Source of the DNA: Candidatus Eiseniibacteriota bacterium
Lineage (GTDB): Bacteria; Eisenbacteria; RBG-16-71-46; DASYSL01
Reading direction: 5' to 3'
Assembly: GCA_031431875.1 (NCBI GenBank)
Contig: JANPEF010000078.1
Span: 1-24,274 of the forward strand
DNA: 24,274 nt
The translations under genes and the position numbers were made by a program. The notes beneath the pieces were generated by a model that worked only from the letters and a program-made list of their open reading frames with translations, was not told the DNA's origin and searched no databases. Each line of letters opens with the position of its first letter. Position 1 is the stretch's first letter. This document shows, piece after piece, positions 1-6,678 of the stretch.

Positions 1-111
1 GTCGGCCGCGAGCGCCCGCTCGAACGCGGCGAGTTCGTTGCCCGCGAGTTCGCCGAGCACGTACGCGACCACGTTGTCCACCTGCGGTACGCTGTCGTCG
101 TTCGGGTTCAT
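1..111 (-). CDS. Anti-sigma factor, RskA-like, N-terminal 37 aa (runs off window start)
   Basis: Not in the ORF track. Manual translation gives MNPNDDSVPQVDNVVAYVLGELAGNELAAFERALAAD, with the AYVLGxLxxxExxxFE anti-sigma-domain pattern. Its ATG (109-111) overlaps the sigma factor TGA (108-110), i.e. ATGA coupling. Confidence 0.8.
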   Translation of the reverse strand, partial: MNPNDDSVPQVDNVVAYVLGELAGNELAAFERALAAD

Positions 112-722
112 CCGTCCATTCCGATCATGTCCCGCAGGGATTCGCGGAGGTTCTGGATGCCCATGCGCGACCAGGTCTTGACCGTGCCCAGCGGTGTGGA
201 CAGCGCGGCGGCGATCTCGCTCTGGCTCATTCCACGGTAGTACGCCATCTCCAGCACTTGCCGGTGCTTCGCGGGCAGTTCCGCCAGGGCGCCGCGGACC
301 CGCACCGCGTCGTCCGCCTCGAGCAGGGTGTCGAGCGGCGTCACGGAATCGATGTCGGCCGGTGCTTCCCGCGTCAGCTCCTCGACGAAGCCCGCCCGGC
401 GCTTCTTTGCGCGGAGTCGATCGAGTGCGAGCGAGCGCGTCATGCTGCCGAGGTACGCTCCAAGCGTCCCTCGCGCGGGGTCGAAGCGGCCGCGGCGCTG
501 AAAGACAAGGAACACCTCCTGCACCAGGTCCTCCGCATCGTCGGTGTCGCGCAGGATCGCGCGCGCCAGTCCGTACATCATCCCCGCATGGCGGTCGTAG
601 ATCGGCCCGAGCGCCCGCGCTCCCTGTTCCGCAAGTCTGCGGCAGAGTTCGGCGTCGGTCGCAAGAGTGGCCGCATCGGTCGTACCCGGCATGGGGGGCA
701 TGCTCGATTCCTGTCGGTTCAT
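108..722 (-). CDS. ECF RNA polymerase sigma-70 factor (SigK-like)
   Basis: Region 2 (DAEDLVQEVF...FDPARG...RSLALDRLR) and region 4 (LPAKHRQVLEMAYYRGMSQSEIAAALSTPLGTVKTW). True start may be ATG 701. Confidence 0.93.
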   Translation of the reverse strand: MNRQESSMPPMPGTTDAATLATDAELCRRLAEQGARALGPIYDRHAGMMYGLARAILRDTDDAEDLVQEVFLVFQRRGRFDPARGTLGAYLGSMTRSLALDRLRAKKRRAGFVEELTREAPADIDSVTPLDTLLEADDAVRVRGALAELPAKHRQVLEMAYYRGMSQSEIAAALSTPLGTVKTWSRMGIQNLRESLRDMIGMDG

Positions 723-792
723 CCTCGACCCGCGGTGGTCCCCGCCTGCGCCGTGCCCGGCGGCGGGGGCGCCTCGCGGGCGCGTTCAAGAA

Positions 793-822
793 GGATACGT
801 CCGGGACGCGCCAATAGATTGC
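793..822 (-). promoter_or_regulatory. Possible ECF-type (autoregulatory) promoter upstream of the sigma gene
   Basis: Minus strand reads GCAATCT-N16-CGTA between DUF4394 and the sigma gene. CGT-containing -10 and this spacing are ECF-like. Weak match. Confidence 0.3.
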
Positions 823-836
823 CGGCGGGGACGAAC

Positions 837-1706
837 CTAGCGTCCACCGCGCGACACCGGGACCGGCAGGAGGGCGGAAAGCCCGAGAATCCGGATGGTT
901 CCGTCGCCAATCGTCCCCGCAGACGTCGCGGTCCCCGTGGCGAGGTCGATGCGGTACAGGGTCGAGGCCGTGCCGGCCCACCCGGCTTCCGCCGCGCCCG
1001 GGCCCGAGACGATGTCGAAGCCCGACTCCGGGCCGAAGTCGACGCCGAGCGGCCCGATCGTGCGGAGGCCGCCATTGTTCGGCGGATCCTGCAGCGTGAG
1101 CACGTCGAGCCCCGCATCGAGGTTGAACAGGCGCGTCGTCGATGTGCTCGGGAGCGACCGCGTGTACGCCGCGGCGACGATCTTCGGCCGCCTCCCGCGG
1201 TTCACGTCCTTCGGCACGTACGTCAGCGGCCCGTCGACGGCGGCGGCGCCGAGGTCGGTGTGCACGCGCAGGTTGACGCCGGTGATGCCGACCAGGCGCA
1301 GGCGATCCGACTGCGGGTTGAAGTCCATGCCCGCGAAGTCCCCGCCGTCGAACGGCGCGGTCAGCGTGCTCACGCGCATCGCCTTTCCGGTCCCGGGATC
1401 GATTGCATACAGGTCGTAGGTCGCGGTGATGCCGTACAGACGTCCCTTCGCCGGGCGGACGTCGACGCCGCGTAGTTCGCCCCTCACGCCGGTGATCGCA
1501 ATGCGGCGCACCGTGCCGGGCGTCGAGGCGTCGAAGCGGACGAGGGCGTTGCCGGGGGTGAGCGCAACGAACTCGAGCGGGGTGGGCGGTGCGGGCTGGG
1601 CCGGAGCGGTTCGGGCCGGCACGGCGAGCTCGATCGACAGGACGAGCGCAACCGCGAGCCGGCACGGGCGACGCCGGGCACGAATCCGGAAACGGGGGAG
1701 GAGCAT
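837..1706 (-). CDS. Secreted DUF4394-domain protein
   Basis: Motifs LRGVDVRPAKGRLYG, GMDFNPQSDRLRLV, AAAYT, QDPPNNGGLRTIGPLGV and GFDI match DUF4394. Basic/hydrophobic signal peptide from ATG 1706, preferred over the ORF-track start at 1754. Confidence 0.88.
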   Translation of the reverse strand: MLLPRFRIRARRRPCRLAVALVLSIELAVPARTAPAQPAPPTPLEFVALTPGNALVRFDASTPGTVRRIAITGVRGELRGVDVRPAKGRLYGITATYDLYAIDPGTGKAMRVSTLTAPFDGGDFAGMDFNPQSDRLRLVGITGVNLRVHTDLGAAAVDGPLTYVPKDVNRGRRPKIVAAAYTRSLPSTSTTRLFNLDAGLDVLTLQDPPNNGGLRTIGPLGVDFGPESGFDIVSGPGAAEAGWAGTASTLYRIDLATGTATSAGTIGDGTIRILGLSALLPVPVSRGGR

Positions 1707-1712
1707 GCGGGC

Positions 1713-1742
1713 AGTCTGGCGGTCCACCCAAGCGGCTGTCAA
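1713..1742 (-). promoter_or_regulatory. Putative sigma70 promoter for the DUF4394 gene, possibly leaderless
   Basis: Minus strand TTGACA (1742-1737), N18, CAGACT (1718-1713), N6, ATG (1706). No SD sequence before the ATG. Confidence 0.4.
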
Positions 1743-1816
1743 TCGCGGGGGCAAGCTGATAGGATCGCCGCCGGTCCCTTGACCGTGCCTTGCACCCCAT
1801 CGAGAAGAGAGCCCCC

Positions 1817-2485
1817 ATGCCCTTGCTCAAGCGCTGCAACCGCGGCTTCGTCGCTCTGCTTACCCTGTCGCTCGGCCTCCTGTCCACGGAAGCGCGCGCG
1901 GCGAGCGTCAGCTACTTCGGGACGTACCCGCTGACGCAGTACCTCAACGGCGGCACGCGCAACTTCCCGGCCGTCTCCTTCCCGAAGTTCGACGTCCCCG
2001 GGCAGTGCCTCACCTCGGTCTGCGTCACCGTCGACGGCGGGCTCGCCGGATTCATCTCCTTCGAGAACTTCCAGCCGTCCCCGGCCAGCGTGAACGTCAC
2101 CTACACGGGCACGATCACGCTCAAGCGCCCGGACAACTCGTCGGTGCTCACGGTGCAGCCGCTCACCACCACGACGGACAACGTGACGCCCTACGACGGC
2201 GTGGCTGACTACGGCGGCACCTCGGGGAAGACCTACCCGAACGTGAACACGACGAAGGCCGACAGCACGTGCCTCTTCTCGAATGCGGACCTCGCGCTGT
2301 TCACCGGCCCCGGTACGATTGCCCTGCCCGCCTCGGCGACCGACCTGGCCTCGCAGACCGGCGCCAGCGGCTGGTCGATCGGCGTGCAGGCCTACGCCAC
2401 GGTCAAGCTGACGTACAACTACCAGGACTGCACCACTCCCGCTGAGCCGAAGTCGTGGGGCCGGATCAAGAGCAACTACCGGTAG
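1817..2485 (+). CDS. Secreted choice-of-anchor-E-like protein with C-terminal TPAEPKSWGRIKSNYR tail
   Basis: Signal peptide ending ARA-A. FPKFD...LTSV...GFISFEN, YDGVADYGGTSG, DLALFTGPGTI and VKLTYNY resemble choice-of-anchor E domains. Strong host-like codon bias. ATG 1817 follows a purine-rich GAGAAGAGAG. Confidence 0.75.
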   Translation: MPLLKRCNRGFVALLTLSLGLLSTEARAASVSYFGTYPLTQYLNGGTRNFPAVSFPKFDVPGQCLTSVCVTVDGGLAGFISFENFQPSPASVNVTYTGTITLKRPDNSSVLTVQPLTTTTDNVTPYDGVADYGGTSGKTYPNVNTTKADSTCLFSNADLALFTGPGTIALPASATDLASQTGASGWSIGVQAYATVKLTYNYQDCTTPAEPKSWGRIKSNYR

Positions 2486-2816
2486 GCGACGAGCGTCGGT
2501 CGGTTACGGCCGGGGCGACCACGGCGTGCGCAAGTGCGCGCAGCGTGAGCGCCTCGGCCACCGACTCCTTGCCCACGGCCTCGATCCCCTCGAGGTCGGC
2601 CAGGGTCCGCGCGAGCCGCCACACGCGGTGATAGCCACGCGCCGAGAGCCCCAGCCTCCCCATCGCATCACCGAGCATGGAGAGCACCGGATCCCCGAGG
2701 GGAGCGGCGCGCTCCAGTTCCGCGGGTGAAAGCCGCGCATTGGAGCGCGCGACCGCCAGCCGCTGCGCGCGATCGTGCTGCCGCCCGCGCGCGGCGAGCA
2801 CGCGGGATCGCGCCGC
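2466..2816 (-). pseudogene. comM: Orphan 3' fragment of comM/yifB (Mg-chelatase C-terminal domain only)
   Basis: AARSRVLAARGRQ...LSARGYHRVWRLARTLADL...AEALTLR aligns without gaps to the C-terminus of 4987..6546 (64 of 93 aa identical by manual count). Homology begins ~2816; no AAA+ domain or SD upstream. Confidence 0.88.
2794..2806. repeat. 13-bp direct repeat, copy 1 (candidate att core)
   Basis: GCGAGCACGCGGG at 2794-2806 is identical to 5279-5291 and lies near the start of homology between the two comM 3' ends. Confidence 0.6.
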
Positions 2817-2840
2817 AATGGAACGGGGGAGGCGGCTTGG

Positions 2841-3293
2841 CTACTGAAGGACGACGAACTTCCTCGCGATGGAAGTCTCCCCGATCTGGAGGCGACAGAA
2901 GTAGAAGCCGGCCGGCCAGCCCGTCGTGCGCAGCGGCACCTCATGCTCGCCGGCAGTCTGAAGCTTTCCGGCAATCACCGACTCGACCCGACGGCCCCGA
3001 ACGTCATAGACCGCCAGATCGACGACGGCCGGCGAGGGAAGCGCGTAGCGCAAGGTGGTGGCGGATCGCGCGGGATTGGGGAACGGAGCGGACAGGGCGA
3101 TCGAGGAGGGAAGTGGAGCCGGGGGCTCCTCCGGTTCGGCCACGATGGACAGCCCGGCGAGCGTCGACATGGGAAGCACATCCGTCCACAGGAACAGCCC
3201 GCCAGCGTACAGCGTGCCGTCGTAGGCGGCGAGAGACCACACGATCGCAGGGGCAAGTGGCTCGTTCACGTTGGCGCCGCCCAGATTCGGATC
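2841..3293 (-). pseudogene. 5'-truncated secreted repeat protein: last propeller-like repeat plus T9SS-type-A/FlgD-like C-terminal domain
   Basis: DPNLGG...IVWSLAAYDGTLYAGGLF repeat followed by PFPNPARSATTLRYALP...VYDVRGRRV...PAGFYFCRL...RKFVVLQ. No signal peptide, and the 5' side abuts the RBS of a divergent gene. Confidence 0.75.
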
Positions 3294-3316
3294 TCGCCAA
3301 AAAAAGGAGAGTCGCG

Positions 3317-4111
3317 ATGACCCTCAAGCCACCGCTCCTCGCGCTCACGATCTCCGCATTCCTCGCGTTGCCAGCGTCGGCCGCGAAGCCGACCAACGAC
3401 GCAGCAGCCTTCAAGACGTTCGACCTCTACGCCAACCGCACTGCGGTAGGTGACTCTGTCCATGACCACGTCAACTTGTCTGCGTTCCCCGCCTGGCTGA
3501 ATACCGACGCGCTCCTAGCCTACGAAGGAACCGATATCCCGGACGCGTCCATCGAGGATGTGTCGTCAGAGCACGACAACGGTGGCGACGTGGACGATCC
3601 GCTGACCGGCTACGACGTCGAGATCCCGACGACGGTCGATGGACACTACACTGTGAACGTTTTCGCGGATGATGGTCTCGCGATGAGTGCGAGCGGCTAC
3701 ACCTCGGCTGGCATCTTCGCCTCGGACGATGCTGTGGATACGACGGCCGCGCCTATCGGGGCGACATACGACGTCTTGTACTCGGGTTCGGGGCAGACCG
3801 TCACGGTTGCGCGAACCGGGAGTGTCGGAGTTGTTCCGGCGCTCCCATCAGGTCCGGGTCTCCTGCGCGTGCGTAAGAGCCCGACGACTGGGCCCGTCGA
3901 GTTCGTTCTCACCGGAGCGCAGGTGGCCGGCGAAACGATCGAGGTGTTCGACATCAGCGGGCGTCATGTTGACGTTGTGTACGTGGCTGGCGACGGTGGA
4001 AATCAGATCGTCCCATGGAGATGGCAGTCGGTGGGATGTCGGCCCGGCGTTTACCTCGCAAGGCTGCGGTCGCGGCCCGGCGAGACGACGCGATTCGTCA
4101 TCCTCCGTTGA
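3317..4111 (+). CDS. Secreted acidic protein with degenerate T9SS/FlgD-like C-terminal domain
   Basis: AGGAG SD at 3305-3309 and ATG 3317. Signal peptide MTLKPPLLALTISAFLALPASA. C-terminus IEVFDISGRHV...PGVYLARL...TRFVILR. The ORF-track extension to 2726 is spurious. Confidence 0.8.
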   Translation: MTLKPPLLALTISAFLALPASAAKPTNDAAAFKTFDLYANRTAVGDSVHDHVNLSAFPAWLNTDALLAYEGTDIPDASIEDVSSEHDNGGDVDDPLTGYDVEIPTTVDGHYTVNVFADDGLAMSASGYTSAGIFASDDAVDTTAAPIGATYDVLYSGSGQTVTVARTGSVGVVPALPSGPGLLRVRKSPTTGPVEFVLTGAQVAGETIEVFDISGRHVDVVYVAGDGGNQIVPWRWQSVGCRPGVYLARLRSRPGETTRFVILR

Positions 4112-4116
4112 CAGTC

Positions 4117-4719
4117 ATGAGGCGGCTGTCGTGGGTGCTGGTCTGCGTCGTCCTCACCGCGGGAGCTTGCGCATCGCGCTCGAGCACGCCAGCTAGCACT
4201 TCGGACGGGTTCTCGCAGGTGTTGGTTAGCATCTACGGGTTCAATGATGCTCGTGTTGAGGCCGTAATCATCGACCGCGAAGGTCGGCGCACGGGCTGGA
4301 ACGTTGATCGACCAATCCGGGAGATTCCGGGTGTTGGGAACGGCTACGGGTCCGAGGAGGGCATTCCAGACGAGGACGCACCGGCGGATACGACGCAACC
4401 TGCGCCTGCAGACACCGTGCCCGGACACCCTGAGCCGACACCCATGTACTACTACTTCTCCATTCAGGATACGGCGGGAACGGGTCTGCTCCACGAAGGT
4501 GGATGCGAACTTCGGCTCGATCCCGACGTGGGCGGCCATGTCACGCTCGCAGTCACCGGGACGGGGATCGGATTCGGTCAGTGTCAGGACACGACTTCGG
4601 TAGATGTGAAGCCCGGCGCCCCCTCGCGCTGGTGGCTGAGTTGGCAGGCGACCGGAGACACGTGCTTGGTGAAGATCGAGCGAGCGGGGGCGAGGAAGGC
4701 GACGACTCGGCCCAGGTAG
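4117..4719 (+). CDS. Putative lipoprotein with a DxxGRRTG...EIPG domain
   Basis: ATG 5 nt after the upstream stop. MRRLSWVLVCVVLTAGAC resembles a lipoprotein signal. Contains IIDREGRRTGW...REIPG. Confidence 0.72.
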   Translation: MRRLSWVLVCVVLTAGACASRSSTPASTSDGFSQVLVSIYGFNDARVEAVIIDREGRRTGWNVDRPIREIPGVGNGYGSEEGIPDEDAPADTTQPAPADTVPGHPEPTPMYYYFSIQDTAGTGLLHEGGCELRLDPDVGGHVTLAVTGTGIGFGQCQDTTSVDVKPGAPSRWWLSWQATGDTCLVKIERAGARKATTRPR

Positions 4720-4751
4720 GAGCGAATCTCACGGCGCGAGCGAAGGTAGAG

Positions 4752-4930
4752 CTGGCTCACCACGTCGAGTTCGTACGCCAGGTACAGGAACCCGGCCCTC
4801 GTCGGCACGCAGGTGACGTCGTCGACCCACGGCTGGTTCGGCGCGTCAGCCTCGAACCCGCGCTCGACGAGATCGGGTGCGCCGATTTCGCGTTCCGATC
4901 ACGGATCGTCGTCCCGCTCCCACGTGTCGA
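4752..4930 (-). pseudogene. IS3-family transposase remnant (start of rve/DDE core, frameshifted)
   Basis: Manual translation gives ...GTTIRDRNAKS, a frameshift near 4880, then APDLVERGFEADAPNQPWVDDVTCVPTRAGFLYLAYELDVVSQ. This matches the IS3 OrfB pattern PDLVxRxFxAxxPNxxWVADITYxxTxxGFLYLAxxxDxxSR. Confidence 0.85.
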
Positions 4931-4986
4931 CCATGCAGTGTCGATCCGTTCCCGGCTCGGGGCGGTGTAAACAGAACACACCGGAC

Positions 4987-6546
4987 TCACGGTTGCCGAC
5001 GAGTCACTGCGCTACCGACTCGCCTCAGGGTCAATGCCTCCGCGATGGCCTCCTGCCCCACGCGCTCGTCGCCGGCGATGTCGGCGAGCGTGCGCGCCAG
5101 GCGCCACACGCGGTGGTAGGCCCGGGCCGAGAGGTGGAGCGTAGCGATCGCCTGGCCCAGGAGTCCGCGCGTCGCGTCGTCGAGCGCTGCAGCACGCTCG
5201 AGTTCGGCCGGGGTGAGCCGGGCGTTCGTTGCAGCGACGCCGAGCCGGGCCGCGCGCGCCTCCTGCCGCGCCCGCGCAGCGAGCACGCGGGCCCGTGCCG
5301 CGTCCGTCTCGTCGCGCAGCAGGGACACGCGCCGTGCCGCGAGTTCGCGCGCCTGCACCGGCGGCACCTCGAGTCTCACATCGATGCGATCGAGCAGGGG
5401 GCCGGAGAGTTTCCCCCGGTAGCGCGCGATCTCTGAGGGCTTGCAGCGGCACGAGCGACGCGCTGAGCCGCGGAATCCACAAGGACACGGGTTCATTGCC
5501 GCCACCAGCTGGAACGCTGCCGGAAAACGCACCGAGGTCGTCCCGCGCGCGATGGTGATGGCGCCCTCCTCGAGCGGAAGGCGTAGCGCCTCGAGCACGT
5601 CGCGGCGGAACTCGGGAAGCTCGTCGAGGAACAGGACGCCGTGATGCGCGAGCGTGATCTCGCCCGGCCGTGGGAGCGCTCCGCCGCCCAGCAGTGCCGT
5701 TGGCGAGATCGACGCGTGCGGCGCGCGGAACGGCCGGTGCGACAGAAGCGCTGCCGTGTCGCCGTTCAACTGTCCCGCGACCGAGGCGATGCGCGTGCGC
5801 TCGATCGCCTCGGCGGGGGACAGGGGCGGCAGGATCGCCGGCAGCGCGCGGGCGAGCAGCGTCTTCCCCACGCCCGGCGGGCCGATGAACAGCAGGTTGT
5901 GCCCGCCCGCAGCGGCGACCTCCAGCGCCCGCTTCGCGTGCTCCTGGCCGGCAATGTCATCCAGGGGTGAGGCGTCACCGGCTGCGGCGGAGGTCTGTCG
6001 TTCTGGAGCGTCGGCGTCGGCCGCGCGCGGTACCGCGTTCCCGCGCACCCAGCCCGCCACCTCGAGCAGCGACTCCGCCGCGAACACCGGCAGCGCGCGA
6101 GCGAGGGCAGCCTCGCCTGCATTCGCGGCGGGCACCACGATCGCGGAGGCGCCTTCGCGACGGGCGCCTTCGGCGAGCGCCATCGCGCCGCGGGTCGGGC
6201 GCAGCGTGCCGTCGAGGGCGAGCTCGCCGACGACGATCCAGCCCTCCATGCGCTGCGCGGGAAGTTGCCCCGATGCGGCGAGCACGGCGAGTGCGATCGG
6301 CAGGTCGAAGGTCGAGCCTTCCTTCCGCTGGTGCGCGGGTGCGAGGTTCACGGTGATGCGGCGCATGGGGAACTGGAAGCCCGACTCGCGCAACGCGCTG
6401 ACGACACGGACACGACTTTCGCGCACGGCGGCGTCGGGCAGGCCGACGACGTGGAACGCGGGCAGGCCGTTGGTGATCGAGACTTCGACCAGGACGGGGA
6501 TGGAATCGAGACCATGGAGCGCGAGGCTCCGGATGCGGCCGAGCAC
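4987..6546 (-). CDS. comM: YifB family Mg-chelatase-like AAA+ ATPase (competence protein ComM)
   Basis: N-terminal VGLPDAAVRESRVRV, ITVNLAPA, FDLPIAL; Walker A GPPGVGKT; RPFRAPH; PGEITLAHHGVLFLDELPEF; AAMNPCPCG; LSGPLLDRID; C-terminal LSARAYHR. Confidence 0.97.
   Translation of the reverse strand: MLGRIRSLALHGLDSIPVLVEVSITNGLPAFHVVGLPDAAVRESRVRVVSALRESGFQFPMRRITVNLAPAHQRKEGSTFDLPIALAVLAASGQLPAQRMEGWIVVGELALDGTLRPTRGAMALAEGARREGASAIVVPAANAGEAALARALPVFAAESLLEVAGWVRGNAVPRAADADAPERQTSAAAGDASPLDDIAGQEHAKRALEVAAAGGHNLLFIGPPGVGKTLLARALPAILPPLSPAEAIERTRIASVAGQLNGDTAALLSHRPFRAPHASISPTALLGGGALPRPGEITLAHHGVLFLDELPEFRRDVLEALRLPLEEGAITIARGTTSVRFPAAFQLVAAMNPCPCGFRGSARRSCRCKPSEIARYRGKLSGPLLDRIDVRLEVPPVQARELAARRVSLLRDETDAARARVLAARARQEARAARLGVAATNARLTPAELERAAALDDATRGLLGQAIATLHLSARAYHRVWRLARTLADIAGDERVGQEAIAEALTLRRVGSAVTRRQP
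5279..5291. repeat. 13-bp direct repeat, copy 2 (candidate att core within comM)
   Basis: GCGAGCACGCGGG, identical to 2794-2806. Confidence 0.6.
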
Positions 6547-6620
6547 GGGAGGACTCCCGCGGGGGCGGGTGCGGGGGCCAAGACGACACCCTCATCCTAA
6601 TCGAGGTCGAGCCGTCGCTG

Positions 6621-6629
6621 TGCTAGACT
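6621..6629 (+). promoter_or_regulatory. Putative extended -10 promoter for the 6679 gene
   Basis: TGcTAGACT about 50 nt upstream of ATG 6679 in the divergent intergenic region; GGAG SD at 6668-6671. Confidence 0.45.
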
Positions 6630-6678
6630 TTCCGCGCTTCGTCCCCCCCGGCAACCGCCCGTCTCCCGGAGTGATCCC

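Larger units (their letters stand above)
2794..5291. mobile_element. Degraded genomic islet integrated in the 3' part of comM
   Basis: Flanked by duplicated comM 3' ends. Contains a truncated gene and an IS3 remnant. Lower GC inside (35/60 at 3421-3480, 32/60 at 4201-4260, versus 44/60 at 7021-7080). No integrase remains. Confidence 0.65.

Noticed and set aside
3271..3305. Inverted repeat TTGGCG...CGCCAA next to an A7 run, as a terminator or integron attC site
   Set aside because: The stem is imperfect, the U-run would precede the hairpin on the minus strand, and no RYYYAAC/GTTRRRY pair flanks the cassette.
4987..6546. Mg-chelatase, with the URO-D-like gene, as evidence of a tetrapyrrole or photosynthesis pathway
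   Set aside because: The protein is YifB/ComM type and the URO-D-like protein lacks HemE motifs; no other tetrapyrrole genes are present.
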